Positions 153,824-163,561 of a stretch of 248,000 nt of DNA are shown here, in pieces. Origin of the DNA: Hyalangium minutum (GTDB taxonomy: Bacteria > Myxococcota > Myxococcia > Myxococcales > Myxococcaceae); NCBI RefSeq assembly GCF_000737315.1, contig NZ_JMCB01000002.1:20001-268000 (forward strand). Reading direction: 5' to 3'. The notes below the pieces were generated by a model. That model saw nothing but the letters and a program-made list of their open reading frames with translations, did not search any database and was not told where the DNA came from. The first letter of the stretch is position 1, and each line of letters begins with the position of its first letter. The translations under genes and the position numbers were made by a program.

Positions 153824-156448
153824 TCACCGAGTGGCGAGAGTGTCCACGTGCTGGCGCAGCTTCGCCTCGTCGCCCATGCAGGCGCTGAGCCCCGGCAGCG
153901 GCTGGGCGGCCTGGGCAATCTTCCCGCGCGTGCGAGGCCCCGCCGCCACGAGCCACGCCACGCCCAGGGCCAGTTCGGCCACCTCGGTCACGCCGGTGAG
154001 GCCGGCGGCGAGCGAGAGCAGCGCCTCCACCGCCTTCTTCACCTGGGCGCCGTGCAGCGGGTGGTTGCTGGTGATGCCCTGGCGCAGCAGCTCCAGCAGC
154101 GCGAGCGCCGTGGCGCGGGCCTGCCGCACCGGCTCCGGTCCCGAGCCCGTGCCCGCCCAGAGCCCGCTGGCGAGCTGCTGGGACAGCAACTCAGTGGCGT
154201 CCGCGCCGTGGGCCGGTGCCTGCTCGGCGGCGGGGAGCGCCTCCTCCATTTCCATGCGGGCCGCGCCTTCGCTGGCACTCAACGCGTCGTCGTCCATGGG
154301 CTCAGGGGCGACACTCCGGCCTTTGACCATGCGCTCCAGCTCGGAGGCGGCCTCGAGGACCCGATCGGCCGCTCGGCGGAGAGCACCGGTGCTCCCATGC
154401 GCGCTGGCCGCCTTCTCCTTCGCGACGATGGGCATGGGGGCCGCGGCCATTGGCGCCGCAGCCGGACGTGCCGGAGCCGGAGGAGGAGGGCTGCCCGGGG
154501 CCGCGCCGCCCACAGCCGCGAAGGAACCGGTGATGGCCTGCTTCTTTTGGGGGGCCGCTCTGTTGCGCGGCATGACCGAGCGGCTCAGGTCCATCGAGTC
154601 CATCTTCGCCTCCTCCTGCTTCGCCGTGCCGAACATGTCCCAGCCCGCGGGAACATTCACGGGGACGACGCGCGTCTCCGGCTGGCCCGAGGCCCGGCGG
154701 TCTCCGGTGCGCTCCTCCACCACCACGAACGAGGTGTACTTGGTGACGATCTGGTGTTGGACGGCGAACTGGACGATGCGCTCCTTCATCCGCTGGGCGC
154801 GGCGCGGATCCACCAACTCCGCGGACTCCCAGGTGCGGATGCGCTCGGCGGCCCACAGCTTCTCCACGGCGGGCCGATCCGACGCCGCCGGGAAGTCCAC
154901 CGGGAGGGTGAGAGAGAAGGACTCCTGCCCCGAGCGGCCCCGGAGTGTCACCTTGCCCTGGCCCGGAGCGGTGTAGCGGCCGAACAGTGTCCACGGCACC
155001 GCGTCCACCAGCGGCGGCAGCTCGGCCGGAGCGAGCTCGGCGCCCGAGACGCCGTCGAAGCTGGCCGTCAGCTCCGTGACACGCGGGGCGAGCGCGCGGG
155101 AGAACTGGGCCACCACCTTGTCATCGATGCGCTCGCCGGGGTGGATGAACTCCACCGCGCCGCCCGTGTTCCGTGCCATGTCCTTGAGCAGCGCGTCGCT
155201 CACGTTGGTGCCGATGCCGAAGGAGTACACGCGCGTCGTCTTCCGCGCCGCGAGCACCGCCTTGAGGATCTCCGCCTCGTTGCCCACCTGTCCGTCCGTC
155301 AGCAGCACCACCACGCCGTCCGGCGCGCCCTGCACGGCGGCCAGCATGGGCTGCAGCAGCTCCGTGCCGCCCGAGGCTTGCAGCGCGGCCACCCACCGGT
155401 CCGCCTGCTCCAGCGTGTGCTGCGTGAAGACAGACGGCTCGTGGGAGAACTTCCGGAAGCTGTTCTCGAAGGCGATGATGTTGAAGCGATCGCCCTCGCG
155501 CAGGTGGCGCAGGCACAGCCGCAGCGCGCCCTGGGCCTGCGGCAGGCTCTCGCCGCCCATGGAGCCCGAGGTGTCCACCACGAACACCACCTCCTGGCGC
155601 TTGGCCGCGCCCGCCATCGCGAGCAGATCCGGCACCACGGTGAGCGCGAAGGTGCCCTCGCCCTCTCCCTTGCGGTGAGTGACGACGGTCGTCAGCGAGG
155701 CGCTCGTGTCATCGCTCCGCACGGTGATGACGAAGTCCCGGTCCAGGGCCACCTCGCCCTTGGCGAACTTCACGCGGACCTTGTGGCCGTCCTTCTCCAG
155801 GGTGAGCGCGTGCGAGGGGCTCTCCACCACCACCGCGCGGCCCAGGTCCACCAGCAGGTCCATCTTCAGGCCGTAGGCCACGTTCCCAATCGGAGGGGTG
155901 ATGCGATCGGCGTCCGGCACCTGGTTCGTGGGGCTGAACGTGCCGTGCCCCGTGCGGTCTCCCTGGCCCGAGCCCGGGATGTAGCGGGGCGCCACCAGCG
156001 TGGGCAGCATCCACCGCACGCTGCCTTCTTCCACTTGGATGGCCTGGAGGAACTCCACCTCGACGAGCGTCTCCTCGTTCGGCAGCAGGTTGCCCACCTG
156101 GGCGGTGAAGACGTTGGGGCGCTCCTGGTCGAGCAGTGCGGCGCCGTGGCCCGCGGTGATGGCGTCGTCATAGTCCTGGAACGCCTTCTCGCGCTCCTTC
156201 ACCACGCCCTGCACCTTGCGGCCGTTGCACTCCATGGAGAAGCCGATGAGCGTCCCGTCCGAGGGGAGCGGGAAGATATAGACGGCCTCTACGGGCCGGC
156301 TCTCGGTGTTGCGGTAGCGCTGGCGCACGCGCACCCGCGCATGACCGCCGAGCAGCTCACCGGTGACTTCCACGCCCTGCAGAGGGATCTGCGCGCCGCT
156401 CCGCATGAACAGCCCGCACTTCAACTGGCCTGCCGTCTCGATGGTCAT
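153824..156448 (-). CDS. VIT plus VWA domain protein
   Basis: EAVYIFPLP; DTSGSM; LTDG. Confidence 0.9.
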   Translation of the reverse strand: MTIETAGQLKCGLFMRSGAQIPLQGVEVTGELLGGHARVRVRQRYRNTESRPVEAVYIFPLPSDGTLIGFSMECNGRKVQGVVKEREKAFQDYDDAITAGHGAALLDQERPNVFTAQVGNLLPNEETLVEVEFLQAIQVEEGSVRWMLPTLVAPRYIPGSGQGDRTGHGTFSPTNQVPDADRITPPIGNVAYGLKMDLLVDLGRAVVVESPSHALTLEKDGHKVRVKFAKGEVALDRDFVITVRSDDTSASLTTVVTHRKGEGEGTFALTVVPDLLAMAGAAKRQEVVFVVDTSGSMGGESLPQAQGALRLCLRHLREGDRFNIIAFENSFRKFSHEPSVFTQHTLEQADRWVAALQASGGTELLQPMLAAVQGAPDGVVVLLTDGQVGNEAEILKAVLAARKTTRVYSFGIGTNVSDALLKDMARNTGGAVEFIHPGERIDDKVVAQFSRALAPRVTELTASFDGVSGAELAPAELPPLVDAVPWTLFGRYTAPGQGKVTLRGRSGQESFSLTLPVDFPAASDRPAVEKLWAAERIRTWESAELVDPRRAQRMKERIVQFAVQHQIVTKYTSFVVVEERTGDRRASGQPETRVVPVNVPAGWDMFGTAKQEEAKMDSMDLSRSVMPRNRAAPQKKQAITGSFAAVGGAAPGSPPPPAPARPAAAPMAAAPMPIVAKEKAASAHGSTGALRRAADRVLEAASELERMVKGRSVAPEPMDDDALSASEGAARMEMEEALPAAEQAPAHGADATELLSQQLASGLWAGTGSGPEPVRQARATALALLELLRQGITSNHPLHGAQVKKAVEALLSLAAGLTGVTEVAELALGVAWLVAAGPRTRGKIAQAAQPLPGLSACMGDEAKLRQHVDTLATR

Positions 156449-156455
156449 CTGGCTT

Positions 156456-156995
156456 CTACCTTTCCTCTGACTGCTCGATGAGGGCGCGCACGCGTTCGGC
156501 GAGCGCCCGGGTCTTCTCGTCTGCGGTGTCCGCGAGGTGCAGCTCCAGCCCCGGCGCCAGCTCCCACCGCCGGTAGCCTGTCACGGGCAACTGTCGCCCT
156601 GCTTGCACGGGCCCCGGCGTGGACACTCCGGAGGCCGGGGAGGGTTCCGACAGTGCCGTCGGAGCCGGTGGCAAGATGTCAGTGGGCACCTGGGCCTCGG
156701 ACAGCGCCTTCAGCTCCTCCGGGCTCAGCCGGGTCAGCTCCACCTGAATGGCATCGAGCGGCAGGAAGCGGGCCTGCAGCACGCGGATGGCCTTGAGCCG
156801 CTGCAGGTGCTCCTCGCCGTACACGGTGTCCGGCCCCTTGAAGGGCGGAGCGGGGAGCAGCCCTCGCTGGACGTAGTAGCGCACCGTGCGGGGGGAGACC
156901 CCTGCCTCGGCGGCCAGCTCGGCCAGCTTCCACTCGGTCTGTGTCTTCGTCGGGCTCACGAGACAGACAGTAAGACCCGACAGTTTAACTGTCAA
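156456..156995 (-). CDS. MerR-family DNA-binding protein
   Basis: LAELAAEAGVSPRTVRYY. Confidence 0.85.
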   Translation of the reverse strand: MTVKLSGLTVCLVSPTKTQTEWKLAELAAEAGVSPRTVRYYVQRGLLPAPPFKGPDTVYGEEHLQRLKAIRVLQARFLPLDAIQVELTRLSPEELKALSEAQVPTDILPPAPTALSEPSPASGVSTPGPVQAGRQLPVTGYRRWELAPGLELHLADTADEKTRALAERVRALIEQSEER

Positions 156996-157056
156996 GAAGA
157001 CAGTTGGTGGAATCTTGCCACTGGCGAGAAGGCCTCCCGGCGAGCCTCCCTCGGCC

Positions 157057-157803
157057 TCACCGCCCCATTCCTAGCGAGCGCAGCAAATCCAGGGGGATGG
157101 GGATGACGGTCTGGTTGCCGCTGTTGCTGATCTCCACCAGCGTCTGCAGGTAGCGGAGCTGGAGCGAGGAGGGGTTTCGAGAGAGCACATCGGCGGCCTG
157201 GGCGAGGCGCTCGGCAGCCTGGTGCTCGCCCTCGGCGGCGATGACCTTGGCGCGGCGCTCGCGCTCGGCCTCGGCCTGGCGGGCGATGGCGCGCTGCATC
157301 TCCACCGGCAGGTCCACGTTCTTCACCTCCACGTTGGAGACCTTGATGCCCCACGGGCCCGTGTGCGCGTCGAGCACCTGCTGGATCTCCTTGTTGACGC
157401 GGTCGCGCTGGGAGAGCAGGTCGTCCAGCTCCACCTGCCCGAGGATGGCGCGCAGCGTGGTCTGCGCCAGCTGGCTGGTGGCGTAGAGGTAGTCCTCCAC
157501 CTGGAGCACGGCCTTGTCGGCCTGGATGACGCGGAAGTAGACGACGGCGCTCACCTTCACGCTGACGTTGTCCTTGGTGATGACGTCCTGGGGGGGCACG
157601 TCCCGTGCCACGGTGCGCAGATCGATGATGACCATGCGCTCCACGAAGGGGATGAGCCAGCGGAAGCCGGCGCGCTTGAGCCCCACATAGCGGCCGAGCC
157701 GGAAGACGACTCCGTTCTGGTACTCGGTGACGATGCGGACGCCGGAGATGAAGAGGAAGAAGAGGAAGACCACGGGAATCAACAGGCCAAGGAGCTCGCT
157801 CAT
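157057..157803 (-). CDS. Slipin/SPFH (stomatin-like) protein
   Basis: VVFRLGR; QDVITKDN; LQLRYLQTL. Confidence 0.92.
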   Translation of the reverse strand: MSELLGLLIPVVFLFFLFISGVRIVTEYQNGVVFRLGRYVGLKRAGFRWLIPFVERMVIIDLRTVARDVPPQDVITKDNVSVKVSAVVYFRVIQADKAVLQVEDYLYATSQLAQTTLRAILGQVELDDLLSQRDRVNKEIQQVLDAHTGPWGIKVSNVEVKNVDLPVEMQRAIARQAEAERERRAKVIAAEGEHQAAERLAQAADVLSRNPSSLQLRYLQTLVEISNSGNQTVIPIPLDLLRSLGMGR

Positions 157804-159152
157804 GTCTTCACCTCGTCGACGTACAGGGTGAGGCCCTCCACGCGGCGCACCACCACGGGGGTTCCGGCTTGGATGGGAGAGGCGGAGACGGCCCGCCAGC
157901 GCTCGCCGTGGACGAACACCTCGCCCCCCTCGGAGGAGACGGGCCCGAGCGTGGTGCCGCGTTCCCCTGGCAGCCCCGCGTCTCCGGCAAGCTGCGGCAG
158001 ATGGCGGGTCTGCGCGCTGCGGAAGGCGAGGAACACGGCGAAGCCGGCGACCACGATGGCCGTGGGGAGCACCAACGGCAGGGGCACGGACGCGCGCGAG
158101 GAAGGGTCGACGAACCATTCCGGGTCGAAGCGATCCACCAGCAGCACGCCTCCGAGGATGAGCAGCAGCGCCCCGCCAGCGCCGAGCAGGCCGCTGGTGA
158201 CGAAGATCTCCGCGATGAGCATGCCGATGCCCAGGAAGAGGAGCAGGACGGCGCCGGTGCGCACGGGCAAGGCCGAGGAGGCCAGCAGGGCGAGCACGAA
158301 GGCCACGATGCTGATGAGGCCCGGGGCGAAGACGCCCGGATGGGTCAGCTCCACCATGAGCCCGAGCGCGGCCACGAGGAAGAGCATGTAGACGATGGCG
158401 GGCTCCGCGAGCCCATGGAGCAGGCGCTGGGAGAGACTCGGCGAGAGCTCCACCACCTGGGCCTCGCGCGTGGCGAGCTGCCGAGGCCCATCCGCTGTCT
158501 CGACGCGCCGGCCATCCGCCCATGCGAGGAACGCCTCCTCCGAGGAGGCCACCGTCTCCACGACGTGCAGCTCCACGGCGCGGTCGGCGGGGACGCTGAC
158601 GCTCTCACGCACGGCGGTGGCGGCCCACTCGGCGTTGCGGCCGCGCTGGCGGGCGATGCTCTCGGCGAAGGCGGCGGTGTCGTTCTCGATCTTCCGGGCC
158701 ATGGCCTCGCCCGCCTGTTGGGGATCTTCCCCGGTCAGTCCGAGGACGGGGTGCGCCGCGCCAATGTTCGTTCCCGGCGCCATGGCGGCCAGGTGCGATG
158801 CGAGGGTGACGAAGACGCCCGCGCTCCCCGCCCGGGCGCCCGAGGGCCCCACCCAGACCAGCACCGGCACGCGCGAGGCGAGGAAGGCCCGGACGATGGC
158901 GCGGGTGGACTCCAAGGAGCCGCCGGGCGTGTCCACCCGGACGAGCAACGCGGCATGGCCCGCCTCCTCCGCCTTTCGGACGCACTCGGTCAGATAGGCG
159001 CCCGAGCCGGCATCCACGATGCCTTCGAGCACACAGCGGGACACGATGGGCCTGTCACGAGGGGACTCGGCGAGGACGCCGCTCGCCAGCATCAGCCCGA
159101 GCAGCGGGAGGACACGGGCCCTCCGCCAGGCCATGCGAGTCCCGGAGTTCAT
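157800..159152 (-). CDS. NfeD membrane serine protease
   Basis: DTPGG; AGSAG; GAAHPV; GERWRA. Confidence 0.9.
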   Translation of the reverse strand: MNSGTRMAWRRARVLPLLGLMLASGVLAESPRDRPIVSRCVLEGIVDAGSGAYLTECVRKAEEAGHAALLVRVDTPGGSLESTRAIVRAFLASRVPVLVWVGPSGARAGSAGVFVTLASHLAAMAPGTNIGAAHPVLGLTGEDPQQAGEAMARKIENDTAAFAESIARQRGRNAEWAATAVRESVSVPADRAVELHVVETVASSEEAFLAWADGRRVETADGPRQLATREAQVVELSPSLSQRLLHGLAEPAIVYMLFLVAALGLMVELTHPGVFAPGLISIVAFVLALLASSALPVRTGAVLLLFLGIGMLIAEIFVTSGLLGAGGALLLILGGVLLVDRFDPEWFVDPSSRASVPLPLVLPTAIVVAGFAVFLAFRSAQTRHLPQLAGDAGLPGERGTTLGPVSSEGGEVFVHGERWRAVSASPIQAGTPVVVRRVEGLTLYVDEVKT

Positions 159153-160441
159153 GCGGGAGCGCTCGGTTGGGAGGCGAGGGCCAGCCCTCGAGGCGCCAGG
159201 GGCCTGTCGTGGGCCAGTGCATCCATCATTCGCAGTTCGTCGAGCAGCAGCCGGGGGAAGAGGAAGTTCTGGCGGACGTGCTCCCGGCCCCGCTCGCCCA
159301 GACACTGGGCCTCTTGTGGGTGGCGCAGCAGGTGGAGCACGGCTTCGGCGCACTCCTCCACGTTGTCCACGAGGATGCCGCCCGTGCCCTCGGGCATCTG
159401 GATCGGGATGCCGCCGGCACGTCCGGCGACGACGGGGGTGCCCTTCCACAGTGCCTCGGACACGACGAGCCCGAAGCCCTCGCGGATGGACTTCTGGATG
159501 ACGACGTCCGAGAGCGACTGGAAGGCGTTGACCTCCATGTTTCCCACGCCCACCAGGTTGGTGAAGATGTGGATGCGATTGTCGCCTGTGGTGACGTCGC
159601 GGATCTGCCGGTAGATGTCCCAGCCTTCGGGATCATCCAGGGCGAGCGAGCCCACCATGGCCAGCTGCAGCTCAGGGATGTGGGCACGCACGCGCCGGTA
159701 TGCGGCGATGACGCCCAGGGGGTCCTTCCACGGATCGAAGCGGCTGATCTGGGTGACGAGAGGCCGGCTCAGACGCACGCCGAGCCACTCGAGCAACTGG
159801 CGCGCAAGGTCCACCGGGAGGGGGAGGTTCTTGGGGCTGAGCGGATCAATGGCCGGCGAGTGGATGGCCACGCGGCCGATGGGGAACCTCGGGGGGATGA
159901 ACTCGGGCAGGGTGAAGATGGCGGCGTCGTAGGGGTAGAGGAACGGGCGGAGGAACTCCCAGGCCTCGGGGTTGGGGCTGGAGGTGTCGATGTGACAGCG
160001 CCAGATCCATCGCGCGTCCTGGCGGTCGGCGAGCATGGCCAAGGCGGCCGGCTGCGGATCGTGGACGACGATGAAGTCATAGTCCGTGGACAGGTTGCGG
160101 GCGTTGAGCTGCGAGTGGGCGAGGTACGTGGCCTTGTCCGTCTCGGAGAAGCCGCCGGGGGCTCCCTGAAGACCGTTGTGGAGACGCTTGGTGACCTGAA
160201 AGAAGGCCTGGTCGCCCCGGATGAGCTGCCAGTCGGCCACCAGACCTAGATCATTGAGCAGCGCAACGCCCGAACGGAGGAGTTCCGAGACTCCGCCTCC
160301 GTACGGCGTGGCGTTGAGGTGCAGGACGCGGGCGCCGCGCAGGCGCTCGGCCAGATGGAGCACCTCCTCGATGTGCTCCTCGGGGGCAATGCCCCTGTAC
160401 GCGGAGAACGAGCGCTTCCCGAGATCGACGAGGTCCAGCAT
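159149..160441 (-). CDS. GT4 glycosyltransferase (TreT trehalose synthase-like)
   Basis: [11 protein letters not shown]; HDPQP; SRFDPWKD; EGFGL. Confidence 0.8.
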   Translation of the reverse strand: MLDLVDLGKRSFSAYRGIAPEEHIEEVLHLAERLRGARVLHLNATPYGGGVSELLRSGVALLNDLGLVADWQLIRGDQAFFQVTKRLHNGLQGAPGGFSETDKATYLAHSQLNARNLSTDYDFIVVHDPQPAALAMLADRQDARWIWRCHIDTSSPNPEAWEFLRPFLYPYDAAIFTLPEFIPPRFPIGRVAIHSPAIDPLSPKNLPLPVDLARQLLEWLGVRLSRPLVTQISRFDPWKDPLGVIAAYRRVRAHIPELQLAMVGSLALDDPEGWDIYRQIRDVTTGDNRIHIFTNLVGVGNMEVNAFQSLSDVVIQKSIREGFGLVVSEALWKGTPVVAGRAGGIPIQMPEGTGGILVDNVEECAEAVLHLLRHPQEAQCLGERGREHVRQNFLFPRLLLDELRMMDALAHDRPLAPRGLALASQPSAPA

Positions 160442-160635
160442 GGAGCCCTCCGGGACGAAGTTGGGTCTGGAGCCACCGCGCGACAGCCGGGCCGAAGGGC
160501 AAGCCCGGGGCGGGGGGCGCAGGGCGGGGGCTTGCCCGGCTGGGGGCCGCATCCGATGCCGAACGGATGCGCTCGCAGCGCATTGCCTGAAGTGAGGCCG
160601 GTTCCTAGCGTCCTCGGAGGCCCTTAGGAGGACTT

Positions 160636-160827
160636 ATGCGTCGTGCCGTACTCATCGCTGTCTCTTTGGCTGCTCTTTCCACTGCCTGCCGGACGACCCA
160701 GCCGCAGGGCGCGGACAACCAGGTGCCCATCGACAACCCAGGGCAGGAGTCCATCCAGACGGTCCCTGCGGAGCCCCCAGGCCCTGGCAGCCCCATCACT
160801 GCCCCGGTGGACGCTCCCAAAGGGTAG
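160636..160827 (+). CDS. Small lipoprotein
   Basis: Lipobox STAC; RBS ggagga. Confidence 0.55.
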   Translation: MRRAVLIAVSLAALSTACRTTQPQGADNQVPIDNPGQESIQTVPAEPPGPGSPITAPVDAPKG

Positions 160828-160854
160828 AAGCCACTGAGCCGAAGCAGCCGCGCG

Positions 160855-161748
160855 CTACTGGAAGATGTCCGAGCGGGCGGCCTCGGCGATGGCGACGACA
160901 GCGGGGTGACGCAGCCGGCGCTCGACGGTGATGGCGTAGAAGCAGTTCTCGATCTCGTCGGTGCGGCCGATGACGGTGACGTCGAACTGGCGGACGACCT
161001 CGGCCTCGATGACGGAGGGCATGGCGAAGACGCCGAGCCCGCGCTGACCGAAGGCCTTGAGGAGGGCGCTGTCGTCGAAGTCGCCGACGATGGTGGGGCG
161101 CACGCCCTTGCCATCGAACCAGACGTCGAGCGCGTGGCGGACGGCGCTGGCCTCGGAGGGCATGAGCATGGGGGCGCCGTGGAGGGAGCGGGGGAAGTCC
161201 TTCTTGAGGTGGCCGTGGATGGCCGCAGCGAAGAAGGACACCCCGCACTTGCCGAGCAGGTGGTTGAAGGCTCGGACACTGACGGGCTCTGAGCCGGGGG
161301 CATCGGCGAGCACGACGTCCAGCTCATGCAGGGCGAGCGAGGCGAGGAGCTGGGGGAGGGGGCCTTCGCGGCAGATGATGCGCAGGGGGCCGACGTCGAG
161401 GGCGGGCTGGAGGAGCCGCTCGGCGACGACCTTGGGGACGACGTCAGCGACGCCGACCTGAAGGCGGAGTTGCTGGCCGGAGGGGAGGCCGCTGACGACG
161501 TTCTTGAGCTCGTTGCCGAGGCGGAAAATCTCATCGGCGTAGCGCATGACGGTGCGGCCGACGTCAGTGAGGACGAGCTTGCGACCCTGTCGCTCGAAGA
161601 GCTTGTGGCCGAGCGCCTCCTCGAGGAGCTTGATCTGGCTGCTGATGGTGGGCTGGGCGAGGTGGAGTTCTTCGCCGGCCTTGGCGATGGTGCCGGCCCG
161701 GGCCACGGTCCAGAAGTAGAGCAGGTGGTGGTAATTGAGCCAGCTCAA
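160855..161748 (-). CDS. nhaR: LysR-family activator NhaR-like
   Basis: WLNYHHLLYFW; VPKVVA. Confidence 0.85.
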   Translation of the reverse strand: MSWLNYHHLLYFWTVARAGTIAKAGEELHLAQPTISSQIKLLEEALGHKLFERQGRKLVLTDVGRTVMRYADEIFRLGNELKNVVSGLPSGQQLRLQVGVADVVPKVVAERLLQPALDVGPLRIICREGPLPQLLASLALHELDVVLADAPGSEPVSVRAFNHLLGKCGVSFFAAAIHGHLKKDFPRSLHGAPMLMPSEASAVRHALDVWFDGKGVRPTIVGDFDDSALLKAFGQRGLGVFAMPSVIEAEVVRQFDVTVIGRTDEIENCFYAITVERRLRHPAVVAIAEAARSDIFQ

Positions 161749-161976
161749 GCTTTCCTCAAGGGGTCGGGACGAACGTTCGATGCTCGGGTAGGTAAGGGGT
161801 TCCGTACTGGGGGTGACGTGGCGGGCTGGCCGAAGGGTGGGCGTACGAGGGTAGGAGGGGTGTAGGGTCTAGGCGAGTGGCCGGGCGGCCGGGCGTTAAA
161901 GGCAGGAAGGATCAGAACGCGCTTGACGTAGGAGAGGAGTCCCCGTAAATCGGCGCTGCTTTGCGCGGTGACACCC

Positions 161977-162049
161977 GCCCAGGTAGCTCAGTCGGTAGAG
162001 CAGGGGACTGAAAATCCCCGTGTCGGTGGTTCGATTCCGCCCCTGGGCA
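161977..162049 (+). tRNA. tRNA-Phe (GAA)
   Basis: GCCCAGG acceptor stem; D-arm AGCTCAGTCGGTAGAGC; anticodon loop CTGAAAA; GGTTCGATTCC T-arm. Confidence 0.97.
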
Positions 162050-162070
162050 CAAGAAGCTGAAGAAATTTCA

Positions 162071-162105
162071 GGGCCTTGAACTTCGGTTCAAGGCCCTTCT
162101 TTTTT
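162071..162105 (+). terminator. Rho-independent terminator after tRNA
   Basis: gggccttgaac-ttcg-gttcaaggccc then T tract. Confidence 0.85.
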
Positions 162106-162194
162106 GCCCGCCGAGAGGAAGGCCTGTGCCGGCGTGGGGCTCCAGGGAACTGCTCTGCACCCGTCCACACCCTCCACAGGCCTCCCATCCTCGG

Positions 162195-162368
162195 CTAGTA
162201 GTTAGGCTCGCACAGCGAAGGCACGTTGATGCATTCGCAGCAGATATCCAACTCAGAGACCTCGGTCCCGAGGGTCGCCGACATCTCCAGGCGAGACTCC
162301 AGCTCGGTCAGCTGAAACTCCTCCATCAGCTCATCGGTTGCGACAGACACGGGCTTCTTTGCGGCCAT
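162195..162368 (-). CDS. Putative RiPP precursor peptide, 57 aa (not in ORF track)
   Basis: MAAKKPVSVATDELMEEFQLTELESRLEMSATLGTEVSELDICCECINVPSLCEPNY; RBS GGAGG 7 nt upstream. Confidence 0.75.
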   Translation of the reverse strand: MAAKKPVSVATDELMEEFQLTELESRLEMSATLGTEVSELDICCECINVPSLCEPNY

Positions 162369-162400
162369 GGTGTTTCCTCCGGTGGTACGACAGTCAAGGT

Positions 162401-163561
162401 TCAGGGGCTCCCGGCGCTCGCCAGCGCGCCTACGTCGAGCAGCTTGCGGATCCGCGCATTCGACAAGTCCAGCGCGGCCCGTGCGGAAGGGCGCTCAACG
162501 GCTGCGCGGAACACGTCAGCTGCCTCCTGGTCGAGCATGAGGCAGCTGTGGCGGGCCTTGTCGAGCAGGACCGGCTGCTCCCCATACACCAGCAGCGCGA
162601 ACCGGCCGGTATCGGCGCGCAGCTCCGCGGCGCCCTCCTCGACCGTCCGCGCGGCGGGACGCACATCCGTGTTTCGCTGGAGATAGCGCTCGACGTAAAG
162701 CCAGCCTTCCCACTGCCCCAGCGCATCGGCCACGGACTGTTCCAGCAGGCGGTACAGCGCCTGGGTTGTGCTGGCGGCGTACTGCTCACGATCGTCTCCG
162801 GACGGGACAATCGGCGGATGAAAGGTCAGCGACAGGGAATGATCGGCGTCGCGCCGGCACACCACGGGCACCACGGGTACGCCTGAGAGGTGGCTCAGAT
162901 AGGCGATTCCAGCACGCGCCATGAGCTGCTGGCCGAAGAACTCCACGGGCACCATGCTGCCGTTGTCCTTGTTGTTACCGACTCCCGCGTTGCCGTCGAT
163001 GTAGAGGACGAGCGACGCGCCGCGCCTGAGGGCACGCAGGCCGAACAGGAGGCTGTTGCGGTCTTGGGCGTTGACCGTGCGGAGCGTGCCCGTCCAGCCC
163101 CGGGCCCGCGCGGCATCCTGCACCCCCTCGAGGATGTCCTGCCCCTGCTTGTTCAGCGTATTCCCAGCCAGGAACAACACGCAGTCGGTTCCGGCGCGCA
163201 TCAGGAAGTGGAACAAGTGCCGATACGAACCCGCGTGGTAGGTGCAGAAGATGTGGCTGCCCGCCGTCCGTCCGTCCAAGAAGATGCCAGCCAGATCACG
163301 CAGGCGCGTCGTCTGCACCAGGTCGTATTGCTTCTGGTCGAGCACCGCCATGCGCTGCTGGAAGATCACCTCCGCGATGACCGCCTCCCGGCGCTCGCGC
163401 GGCAGCCGCGGGAAGAAGTAACGCAGGTTGGCGTCGCACAGGTGGTAGGCATTGTTGAACGCATCGGACTGGCGCGGCGCACTGACGACACCGTCCAAGG
163501 CGCGGCGCAGCGCCACGATGAGCTCGTCTGCCTTGCGAGCATAGTGTGCGTCCACGCTCAT
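162401..163561 (-). CDS. LpxL/lysophospholipid acyltransferase-like protein with C-terminal PqqD/RRE-like domain
   Basis: YHAGSY; LVLYIDG; VPVEFFGQ; GVPVVPV; QWEGW; C-terminal VLLDKARHSCLMLDQEAADVF. Confidence 0.7.
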   Translation of the reverse strand: MSVDAHYARKADELIVALRRALDGVVSAPRQSDAFNNAYHLCDANLRYFFPRLPRERREAVIAEVIFQQRMAVLDQKQYDLVQTTRLRDLAGIFLDGRTAGSHIFCTYHAGSYRHLFHFLMRAGTDCVLFLAGNTLNKQGQDILEGVQDAARARGWTGTLRTVNAQDRNSLLFGLRALRRGASLVLYIDGNAGVGNNKDNGSMVPVEFFGQQLMARAGIAYLSHLSGVPVVPVVCRRDADHSLSLTFHPPIVPSGDDREQYAASTTQALYRLLEQSVADALGQWEGWLYVERYLQRNTDVRPAARTVEEGAAELRADTGRFALLVYGEQPVLLDKARHSCLMLDQEAADVFRAAVERPSARAALDLSNARIRKLLDVGALASAGSP

